Under the pieces are notes generated by a model. That model saw only the letters and a list, made by a program, of their open reading frames with translations, was not told the origin of the DNA and searched no databases. The position numbers and the translations under genes are program-made. From Candidatus Eiseniibacteriota bacterium (GTDB lineage Bacteria; Eisenbacteria; RBG-16-71-46; JABDJR01), in contig CAVXKA010000001.1 of NCBI GenBank assembly GCA_963762255.1, positions 864,001 through 928,000 on the forward strand: a DNA stretch of 64,000 nt, read 5' to 3'. Below, piece by piece: positions 9,885 through 17,779 of the stretch; positions within the stretch are counted from its first letter, which is position 1; each line of letters begins with the position of its first letter.

Positions 9885-10643
9885 CTACGGCTCCAACCCC
9901 TCATACAGCGCCTCCGCCACCGCCTCCGGCCGGTTCGTGATCACCGCCGTCACACCAAGCTGGATCAACCGTGACGCTTCCGAAGCTTCATCCACCGTCC
10001 ACGCGCTCACCATGAGCCCCGCCTCCTCGGCGCGCCGCATCATCTTGCGGTCCACGAGATCATGGCGGGGATGGATGGCCTGAAGCGTTTCCGCGATCTC
10101 CGACTCTTCCAGGTGATTGAAGGCCGCGATCTCCGAGAACAGATACCCGAGCAACGCACCCGCGTCCCGCCCGCGCAGGGCCGCCAGCACATCGAGGTCG
10201 AAGGAAGAGACCAGCGCCGATTCGTTGGGCCGGAGCTGCTCCAGCGCGGTGATCAAGCGCTCCGCGGCGGCGGTGTGGCGGCCGCGCCCCGGCGGCTTCA
10301 TCTCCACGTTGAGCAGACAGCGCCCGCTCAACGCTTCCAGGGTCTCGGCCAGCGTGTGCACGCGGTACGTGCCCTGCGGCGAGGGGAACCGCATCGCGGC
10401 GAGGTCGACCCACGTGCTTCCCTCGATCGAGATCGGACCCGACGGGCCCTCGACGATCTCGTCGTGGTGCACCACCAGCACCTCGTCGCGCGTCATCCGC
10501 ACGTCGAACTCGACACCGTCGCACCCGGCCTCGAGCGCGGCCTCGAACGATTGGGGGGTGTTCTCGCGTGCCGCGGCGGGATAGCCGCGATGGCCGATGA
10601 GGAACGGCCCGCTCAGCCGCGTCCAGGAAAGAATGTCGGTCAT
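9885..10643 (-). CDS. Glycerophosphodiester phosphodiesterase
   Basis: IGHRG..ENT, VEFDVRMTRD..VVHHD, LNVEMK, AWTVD, ITNRP. Confidence 0.92.
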   Translation of the reverse strand: MTDILSWTRLSGPFLIGHRGYPAAARENTPQSFEAALEAGCDGVEFDVRMTRDEVLVVHHDEIVEGPSGPISIEGSTWVDLAAMRFPSPQGTYRVHTLAETLEALSGRCLLNVEMKPPGRGRHTAAAERLITALEQLRPNESALVSSFDLDVLAALRGRDAGALLGYLFSEIAAFNHLEESEIAETLQAIHPRHDLVDRKMMRRAEEAGLMVSAWTVDEASEASRLIQLGVTAVITNRPEAVAEALYEGLEP

Positions 10644-10716
10644 GCGTGGTATCATGCGTGTCTTCTTTATTTGAGGCAAGCGGTCGCCCCCTCAGCCCGC
10701 CCACCACGAGGAGTTT

Positions 10717-11733
10717 ATGGCACAGACGGAAACCACGAATCTTCAGGCCCTGGAGCAACTTGCCGAGGGGCACAAGAAGATCCTGGACGAGATCCGCAAG
10801 GTGATCGTCGGGCAGGATCAGGTCATCGACGAGCTCTTGACCGCCCTCTTTGCAAACGGGCACTGCCTCCTTGTGGGGGTGCCGGGTCTCGCCAAGACGC
10901 TGCTCATCCACAGCCTGGCCGAGCTCCTGGAACTGCGGTTCAGCCGGATCCAGTTCACCCCGGACCTCATGCCGTCCGACATCACCGGCACCGAGATCCT
11001 CGAAGAGGACCGCACCACCGGCAAGCGCGCGTTCAAGTTCGTGCAGGGGCCGATCTTCGCCAACGTGGTGCTGGCCGACGAGATCAACCGGACCCCGCCC
11101 AAGACCCAGGCCGCGCTCTTGCAGGCCATGCAGGAGCGGCAGGTCACCGCCGGCGGCCAGACCTGGGATCTCGCACCGCCCTTCTTCGTGCTCGCCACCC
11201 AGAACCCCATCGAGCAGGAGGGGACGTATCCCCTGCCCGAGGCGCAGCTCGACCGGTTCATGTTCAACGTGCAGGTCGGCTACCCGAGCCAGGCGGAAGA
11301 AGTGGCGATCGTGAACCGCACGACCGGCGGCGAGACGCCGCGGCTTCAGCGCGTGCTGAGCGGCGCGGACATCATGCGCTTCCAGGACGTCGTTCGGCGG
11401 GTGCCGGCGTCTCCGTTCGTGGTGGACTACGCGGTGCGCCTGGCGCGAGCCACGCGGCCAGGCCAGGGCGGGCCGTCCATCCCCACGGTGCAGCAGTACG
11501 TGAGTTGGGGCGCGGGTCCTCGCGCGAGCCAGTTCCTCATCCTTGGGGCCAAGACGTGGGCGGCTCTGAACGGTTCGGTCTCTCCGTCGTGCGAGGATGT
11601 GCGCCGGGTGGCGCGGCCGGTGCTGCGCCACCGGGTGGTCACCAACTTCAGCGCCGAAGCCGAGGGGGTCACGCCCGAGACGCTCATCGATCAGCTCCTG
11701 GCGGCCATCCCCGAAGCGCCAGACAAGAAGTAG
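10717..11733 (+). CDS. moxR: MoxR-family AAA+ ATPase
   Basis: GVPGLAKT, RIQFTPDLMPSDITG, LADEINR, ATQNPIEQEGTYPLPEAQLDRF. Confidence 0.95.
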   Translation: MAQTETTNLQALEQLAEGHKKILDEIRKVIVGQDQVIDELLTALFANGHCLLVGVPGLAKTLLIHSLAELLELRFSRIQFTPDLMPSDITGTEILEEDRTTGKRAFKFVQGPIFANVVLADEINRTPPKTQAALLQAMQERQVTAGGQTWDLAPPFFVLATQNPIEQEGTYPLPEAQLDRFMFNVQVGYPSQAEEVAIVNRTTGGETPRLQRVLSGADIMRFQDVVRRVPASPFVVDYAVRLARATRPGQGGPSIPTVQQYVSWGAGPRASQFLILGAKTWAALNGSVSPSCEDVRRVARPVLRHRVVTNFSAEAEGVTPETLIDQLLAAIPEAPDKK

Positions 11734-11736
11734 CGC

Positions 11737-12636
11737 GTGGCCGACCAAGCCCTGCGGTACCTCGACCCGAAGGTTCTCTCGAACCTGCGCGGGCTCGACC
11801 TCATCGCGCGCCTCGTCGTCGAGGGGTTCATGACCGGCCTCCACAAGAGCCCCTATCACGGGTTCAGCGTGGAGTTCGCCGAGCACCGGCAGTACATGCC
11901 GGGGGATCCCTTCAAGCACGTGGATTGGAAGCTCTACGGCAAGAGCGACCGTTTCTACGTGAAGATCTTCGAGGAGGAGACCAACCTTCGCGCGCATATC
12001 CTCCTCGATGAGAGCGCGAGCATGGGGTACGCATCCGGCGATCGCCTCACCAAGTTCCAGTACTCCTCGTTTCTGGCCGCCGCACTCGCGTACCTGATGC
12101 TCATGCAGCAGGACGCGGTGGGGCTGCTTACCTTTCGGGACAAGATCGAGAAAGTGATCCCGCCTCGGTCGGCGCGCAGCCATCTGCGTCTGATCCTGAG
12201 CGAGCTGGAGCGGAGCAAGCCGTCCTCGACCACCGCGATGGGCACCGCGCTCGAGTATCTGGCCGAGCGGGTCAAGCGGCGAGGCCTCGTCATCCTCATC
12301 TCCGACCTCATGGACGATCCGGCGCGAGTGATACGAGGTCTCAAGCACTTCCGTCACCGCCAGCACGAGGTCGTGGTCTTTCACGTGCTGGACCCCTACG
12401 AGATCGAGTTCCCGTTCCGCGAGGAGACGGGGTTCGTGGACCTGGAGACGGGTCGCGAACTGATGACGCAGCCGTGGGAGATCGCCGAGGAGTACAAGCG
12501 CAAGTTCGCGGAGTGGAGCCAGACCTATCAGCGGGCCTGCCTCGAGAATCAGATCGAATATGTGCGGCTCTCCACCGAAACTCCGTATGACACAGCACTG
12601 CTTCGCTACCTCGAGAAACGCAAGCGGCTGCACTAA
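11737..12636 (+). CDS. DUF58 (vWA-like) MoxR partner
   Basis: GLHKSPYHGFSVEFAEHRQY.PGD..DWK, DESASM, ISDL. Confidence 0.93.
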   Translation: MADQALRYLDPKVLSNLRGLDLIARLVVEGFMTGLHKSPYHGFSVEFAEHRQYMPGDPFKHVDWKLYGKSDRFYVKIFEEETNLRAHILLDESASMGYASGDRLTKFQYSSFLAAALAYLMLMQQDAVGLLTFRDKIEKVIPPRSARSHLRLILSELERSKPSSTTAMGTALEYLAERVKRRGLVILISDLMDDPARVIRGLKHFRHRQHEVVVFHVLDPYEIEFPFREETGFVDLETGRELMTQPWEIAEEYKRKFAEWSQTYQRACLENQIEYVRLSTETPYDTALLRYLEKRKRLH

Positions 12637-12820
12637 TAAGACTAATTTGGTCATGTTGTTTTGGCTACGGTGTGGTGTCGGTATTTTTGCCACTATGCGG
12701 CAACTGATTGAGTTGGGCCGAGTTGTCAACCCGTTATTTAGCATTGATTTACGGGGTCCGATCCGCTAGACTTGTTGCAGGTTCTACATCGATCTGGGCC
12801 GACTATGCCCAGAGGGGGAA

Positions 12821-13645
12821 GTGCTCACTATGATCAGACTCACTGCTATCAGACTTGTATCGACTGTGGCTGGCGCTCTGATTCTCGGGGCTATCAGCCC
12901 GGCCTCAGCCACGGTCCTCGATCTCACCACGGCGGGTGCGAGCGGCGTCATCGGATCGGCGTTCTTCGTCCAGATACCCGAGCGGCCCACCGGTACCGGT
13001 CTGAACGACACCTTCCTGCGTGTCCAGGCCAACGGGATTGAAGAGGGCGTCAACTCCGATGGCCCGTACACGATGGATGAGAAGTCCGGCGCCTGGACCC
13101 ACAAGATCCTCGTAAGCGACTTTGGGGTGACGGATCTGCAAGGAACCCCCACGATCCGGTTCCTTCTGGACATGGGACAGGAGACCAGCAGTCCCTACTT
13201 GTCGCTGGACAGGTTCAAGATCTACGTGTCGCCGACCGCGACCTACAACACGCTGGGCCAGCTCCACGACCATGCGACCAAGCTCTACGACATGGATGCC
13301 GGGTCCGACAGTTGGATCAAGCTGAACGCTTCTCTGAATCCGGGTAACGGCAAGGGCGACATGATGGCCTACCTCCCGTACAGCTTGTTCGCCGCCCACA
13401 GCGGTGAGTATCTCTACCTGTATTCGAAGTTCGGCGCCCAAAGCGAACCGGACTTTGCCTCGCCTCTGGGCGGCCCCGAGTTCTGTGACGACATCGACTA
13501 CTCGTCCAACGACGGGCCCGAGGAATGGGCTCGCGTGGATGCAGGCGGCACGCCCCCCGGCACGGTACCCGAGCCGACCACGCTACTCCTTCTGGGCGGC
13601 GGGCTTCTTGGTGGAGCCATGGTTCGCCGTCGTAAGAAGGTCTAA
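12821..13645 (+). CDS. PEP-CTERM (exosortase-target) surface protein
   Basis: Signal peptide ending ASA; C-terminal VPEPTTLLLLGGGLLGGAMVRRRKKV; start GTG 12821 or ATG 12830. Confidence 0.9.
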   Translation: MLTMIRLTAIRLVSTVAGALILGAISPASATVLDLTTAGASGVIGSAFFVQIPERPTGTGLNDTFLRVQANGIEEGVNSDGPYTMDEKSGAWTHKILVSDFGVTDLQGTPTIRFLLDMGQETSSPYLSLDRFKIYVSPTATYNTLGQLHDHATKLYDMDAGSDSWIKLNASLNPGNGKGDMMAYLPYSLFAAHSGEYLYLYSKFGAQSEPDFASPLGGPEFCDDIDYSSNDGPEEWARVDAGGTPPGTVPEPTTLLLLGGGLLGGAMVRRRKKV

Positions 13646-13662
13646 CCTTGGTTCCCGCTTTG

Positions 13663-14085
13663 ATGTCTGCAGCCGGGACGGAGACGTCCCGGCTGTCCTG
13701 TTTTCGGGTCGCGCGGAAGCCCGGCGAGCGCGGCAGCTCGCTCCTCGAGGTGATGATCGCCGTCCTCATCCTGTCGATCGTCTCGGTCGCCATGTCCGTC
13801 TTCTTCGCGCGCGGGCGGTTCATGTTCGACCAGGAGGAGCGGAAGCGGGTGGGCACGCTCATCGCTCAGCAGGCGCTCGAGCAGGCGAAGGGCATGAACT
13901 ACGCGGATGTCGGAGCATGGTCCGACACCCTCATCGTCGCCAACATCACATATGATCTTGCCGTGACGGTGCAGACCGGCGCTCCCGCCGCCGACATGAA
14001 GACGGTCCGCGCCGTGACCACCTGGCAAGTCAGACCGACTGTGGACCGAAGCGTTTCTCTGGCTACCCTGCTTTACGACAAGTAG
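13663..14085 (+). CDS. Minor type IV pilin (PilV-like)
   Basis: Class III signal ERG|SSLLEVMIAVLIL with Glu at +5. Confidence 0.8.
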   Translation: MSAAGTETSRLSCFRVARKPGERGSSLLEVMIAVLILSIVSVAMSVFFARGRFMFDQEERKRVGTLIAQQALEQAKGMNYADVGAWSDTLIVANITYDLAVTVQTGAPAADMKTVRAVTTWQVRPTVDRSVSLATLLYDK

Positions 14086-14120
14086 GGTGCGGCCCGGAGG
14101 CGAGTCAAAGGGCAGATGAG

Positions 14121-15491
14121 ATGAGAAGCAGGATCGCACCGGCAGGACCACGGGATGGCGAGCAAGGCTACGTCCTGGTCGGGGTTCTCGTGCTCACCCT
14201 GGGGATGCTGATCGTGGGCATGGCGTTCTTCGCCATCGCGGGCTACGAAACGCGGCTGGCACACGCCGACGCCCAGTCGCAGCAGGCGTTCTGGCTGGCC
14301 GAGGGGGGGAAGGAGCGGGCGCTGCGCTACATGGTGAAGCGGGATACCCCGCCGGACGAGGACCTGGACATCTACGTGAACGAGCCCGGCCCCGACGGCG
14401 GCACCTACAGCGTCAAGGTGTACGTGGACCCGGGCGCCATGTTCAGCCCGACCAAGGAATTTGAGCTCGAGTCCATCGGCGACGTGAACGGCGTGCGGCG
14501 TCGGATCCGGCAGCGCATCCTGATGGAATCGTTCGCCAAGTACGCGTACTTCACCGATGACGAGACAGCCCCGGGAGGCGGGGTGATCTGGTTCGTGAGC
14601 GCCGACCGTCTGGAAGGCCCCGTCCACTCCAACGGCACCCTCCACATCTCCGGCAGCCCGCGGTTCCTGAGCGAGGTGACCTCGCACTCCGACCGCATGA
14701 TCGGCTATCAGAACCACAACGTCTTCGACGCAGATGGCTGGCCCGTGGCCGGCAACAATCCCCAGTTCGAGGAGGGGTTCAAGCTCGACATCCCCAACAT
14801 CCCGCTCCCGACAGAGACGGCGGACCTCAAGACAGAGGCACAGGCGGGCGGGCTTCATCTTGGCGCCGCGATGAACATCGAGTTGGGGACGCGGGCCGAT
14901 GGAACCACGGACTACGCCTGGCTCAGGTTCAAGCCTGTGGGAGGCGCCCCGGCCGCCTGGAACGAAGTCAAGATCACGGCCCTGCCCAAGCGCGTGATCT
15001 ACGGCGAGGGCGATCTCAACGTCAAAGGGATCCTGGATGGCGAGTTGACCATCTCCAGCAAGCGCAACATCTACATCGTGGACGATCTCACCTACGCGGG
15101 GAGCAACGCGGCGGGAACGCCGTCCGCCGGCTGCAACGACCTGCTCGGCCTCGTCGCCGAGCGGGACATCATCTTCAAGGACCTGGGGGCGGTCACCATG
15201 GACCTGAAGGTGAACGCGGTCATGATGGCTCTGAACACGTCCATCACCGCGGAGAATTTCGGGAGTGGCGCGCCTCGGGGGACTCTGACCATCTGGGGCG
15301 GCCTCATCCAGAAGTACCGCGGCGCGGTGGGCCAGTTTGACGCCGGTACCGGAGCGATCATTCACGGCTACGCGAAGAACTACCACTACGACACGCGGGT
15401 CACCGGACGGATGCCCCCCCAGTTCCCGCTGCGGGGCGATTACACCGAGGGTACGTGGAGCGAGACCTGGGATGAGACGGCGCCCTTCTAG
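14121..15491 (+). CDS. PilX/GspK-like pilin with large C-terminal DUF4900-like domain (copy 1)
   Basis: EQG|YVLVGVLVL without E5; QAFWLAEGG; FAKYAYFTD..GPVHSN; GYAKNYHYDTR..PPQFP. Confidence 0.8.
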   Translation: MRSRIAPAGPRDGEQGYVLVGVLVLTLGMLIVGMAFFAIAGYETRLAHADAQSQQAFWLAEGGKERALRYMVKRDTPPDEDLDIYVNEPGPDGGTYSVKVYVDPGAMFSPTKEFELESIGDVNGVRRRIRQRILMESFAKYAYFTDDETAPGGGVIWFVSADRLEGPVHSNGTLHISGSPRFLSEVTSHSDRMIGYQNHNVFDADGWPVAGNNPQFEEGFKLDIPNIPLPTETADLKTEAQAGGLHLGAAMNIELGTRADGTTDYAWLRFKPVGGAPAAWNEVKITALPKRVIYGEGDLNVKGILDGELTISSKRNIYIVDDLTYAGSNAAGTPSAGCNDLLGLVAERDIIFKDLGAVTMDLKVNAVMMALNTSITAENFGSGAPRGTLTIWGGLIQKYRGAVGQFDAGTGAIIHGYAKNYHYDTRVTGRMPPQFPLRGDYTEGTWSETWDETAPF

Positions 15492-15993
15492 AAGTGCTCC
15501 GGCGGAAAGCGTCGGAGCACAGCGCGGCTTCACGATCGTGGAGTTCGCCGTTGCGTCGTTCCTGGCGCTGGTGGTTCTGCTTGGGATGGGCACTGTCTAC
15601 CTCATCGTCCAAAACAGCTTCCGAGTCGGGGCGAAAAAGGTCGTGGCGCAGCAGGAGGCGACACTGCTCTCGCAGGTCGTCAGCCGGCATGTCCGGGTCG
15701 GCGACGCTCTCTACGTGTATCGGTTGCCGGACAGGATTACCCCGCATCCGACCGGCGACGGGCTTGCGATCCTCGACGAGAACGACGTGCCGATCATGCG
15801 GCTGGAGTACGATGCCGGCACCGGGACGCTGGCGGACAGCCTCGGCGCAAGCGTCTCCGCGATGACCGTCCGCAACCTGCAGTTCAGCGTCGATCCCCTG
15901 CAGCCGCGAACCGTCGTTTTTCGGTTTGCGACCGACGACGAACATGGGAATCTTGTCGACGTTGAAAGCGCAGCCACTCTCCGCAACCCCTGA
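15472..15993 (+). CDS. Minor type IV pilin (PilW-like)
   Basis: QRG|FTIVEFAVASFLAL; likely ATG 15472 overlapping the upstream gene. Confidence 0.78.
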   Translation: MRRRPSRSAPAESVGAQRGFTIVEFAVASFLALVVLLGMGTVYLIVQNSFRVGAKKVVAQQEATLLSQVVSRHVRVGDALYVYRLPDRITPHPTGDGLAILDENDVPIMRLEYDAGTGTLADSLGASVSAMTVRNLQFSVDPLQPRTVVFRFATDDEHGNLVDVESAATLRNP

Positions 15994-16017
15994 TCTCTTC
16001 ACGCACCGGCGGCACTC

Positions 16018-16578
16018 GTGAACTACCGAGTCAACTTGTACCCGGAGCGGGAACTCCGTCGAGGAGCCCTCCGCCGCGAAACGCTTCGCGGCCTCAGCAC
16101 GGGTCTTCCCCTGGGAGCGGCCGTCCTGATCGTCGCCTTCCTTGTCGTCACCGGCCGGCAGCTCGGTCACCGGACCGCAGAACTCGAGGCCGATGTCCGC
16201 GAGCTGCAGGCGTTGTCGCTCGTCGTTCCACCCGAATCGCGGCAGGACGCGCCGCGTCGCCTCCTCGACAGCCGACTCGACCGGATCGATTGGGCGGTTC
16301 TCATGAGCGAGATGTCGAAGGCCATGCCGGCCGAGGTTTCGCTGACCGAGATCCGCGGGCTGGGTCGCGGGCGGACCGACGCAGGCCGCAAGCTCGTGCT
16401 CGTCGGCCATCTGCCGGAGGGCACCGAGGACCTCGCGCCCGTCATGGATCTCATCGGCTCGCTGCGAACGGGCCGTGAGATGAGCGTAGATTTTCCGATG
16501 GTGGCGCTAGAGACCGCAAAGAGCGGCGCGTGGGTGGATTTCGAAATCACTTGCCGCGTTCCCGGAGGGACGCCATGA
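16018..16578 (+). CDS. PilN-like pilus assembly protein
   Basis: YRVNLYP motif, TM helix, coiled coil, W..LMSEMSKAMPAEVSLTEI, C-terminal FEITC. Confidence 0.7.
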   Translation: MNYRVNLYPERELRRGALRRETLRGLSTGLPLGAAVLIVAFLVVTGRQLGHRTAELEADVRELQALSLVVPPESRQDAPRRLLDSRLDRIDWAVLMSEMSKAMPAEVSLTEIRGLGRGRTDAGRKLVLVGHLPEGTEDLAPVMDLIGSLRTGREMSVDFPMVALETAKSGAWVDFEITCRVPGGTP

Positions 16579-17105
16579 CCGCGGCGCGTGCGCGATTCGG
16601 GTGGAGGCCGGCGCTGCTCTGCGCGGTGATGGCGGTCGGCCTGCTTCTGGATATGGTCTGGATCCGTCCGGAACAAGCCGCGTTGCGCAGGCTGAGCGAC
16701 CGGAAGGCGGAACTCCTCGAGTTTCGATCGACGGCGGAGAAGGTGGCGCGAGGGGCGGCGACGAACGGCGCGGGAGGCCCCGCGGCGGAAACCGAACTCG
16801 GTGTCGCGATGCGCTCGACCGATGAGCAGCTTCGATTCCTGGGCGACAGCGCGCGCCTGGCCGGTGTCCGACAACGCAAGCTGCAGATGACGGCGCGAAA
16901 GGGGCGGGGGCCCGTCGAGGAGACCTCGTTCGAGATGGAGGTGTACGGCAGCTTCGCCGACCTGGTGACCTTTCTCAAGGCGCTGGAGTTGGCCAGGCCG
17001 CTCATTGTCGTGAGCGGCGTCCACATGATGGCTCCGGCAATGAGTCCCGACGTCACGCTCCGCATCCAGGCCGTCGCGATCACCCCCGTCGCCGCCGCGG
17101 GATAG
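16575..17105 (+). CDS. PilO/GspM-like assembly protein
   Basis: ATGA overlap with the PilN-like gene; N-terminal TM; GSFADLVTFLKALE..RPLIVV. Confidence 0.65.
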   Translation: MTAARARFGWRPALLCAVMAVGLLLDMVWIRPEQAALRRLSDRKAELLEFRSTAEKVARGAATNGAGGPAAETELGVAMRSTDEQLRFLGDSARLAGVRQRKLQMTARKGRGPVEETSFEMEVYGSFADLVTFLKALELARPLIVVSGVHMMAPAMSPDVTLRIQAVAITPVAAAG

Positions 17106-17110
17106 TCGCG

Positions 17111-17779
17111 ATGCCTCTTCCCCACGATCAGGTTCACGTCTGGCGTGTGTCGCTGCTGCGCTCGCCGCTGGCAACGGTCGATCTGCGCGCACTTCTCTCC
17201 ACGAAGGAGGCGCGGCGCGCGGACACCCAAGCGGGGGAGCGGCTTCAACGGCGATTCGTGGTGGCCCACGCCGAGACGCGCCGAATCCTGGCCGGCTATC
17301 TTGGTGAAGATCCGCGAGCGCTCGTGTTCGATGTCTCCGCGCAGGGAAAGCCGCGTCTATCCAACGGCGGTCGCGACCTTCGCTTCAACCTGTCTCATTC
17401 CGGAGAACTCGCATTGCTGGCCGTGTCGTCGCACAGCGAGGTGGGCATCGACGTCGAGTGGGTCGATCCGCGGCGGGACCTCGGTGCGCTCCTGCCCGCG
17501 TTCGCCCCCGACGAAAGGGCCGAGCTGGAGCGCATTCCGGATGCCGAGCGCCGCGCCGCGCTGTTCGCGGCGTGGACGCGCAAGGAGGCGCGCTTGAAGG
17601 CGATGGGTCAAGGGATCGGGTGGGGGCTTGCCCCGAGCGATCGCGCGCCCGGCGATCGCGTGGAGGACGGCGCCCGGTGGACTCTCGTCGAAATCGAGTG
17701 CGGCGCCGACTACCGAGGGACGTTGGCCGCCGAGGGAGCGGACTGGGGGGTTCGCGTCTTCGACTCCGCGGAGCCCTGA
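17111..17779 (+). CDS. Sfp-type 4'-phosphopantetheinyl transferase
   Basis: GKP, FNLSHSG, VGIDVE, WTRKEARLKAMGQG. Confidence 0.93.
   Translation: MPLPHDQVHVWRVSLLRSPLATVDLRALLSTKEARRADTQAGERLQRRFVVAHAETRRILAGYLGEDPRALVFDVSAQGKPRLSNGGRDLRFNLSHSGELALLAVSSHSEVGIDVEWVDPRRDLGALLPAFAPDERAELERIPDAERRAALFAAWTRKEARLKAMGQGIGWGLAPSDRAPGDRVEDGARWTLVEIECGADYRGTLAAEGADWGVRVFDSAEP

Noticed and set aside
10060-12744. 894-aa minus-strand ORF
   Set aside because: Antisense shadow of moxR/DUF58; no motifs.
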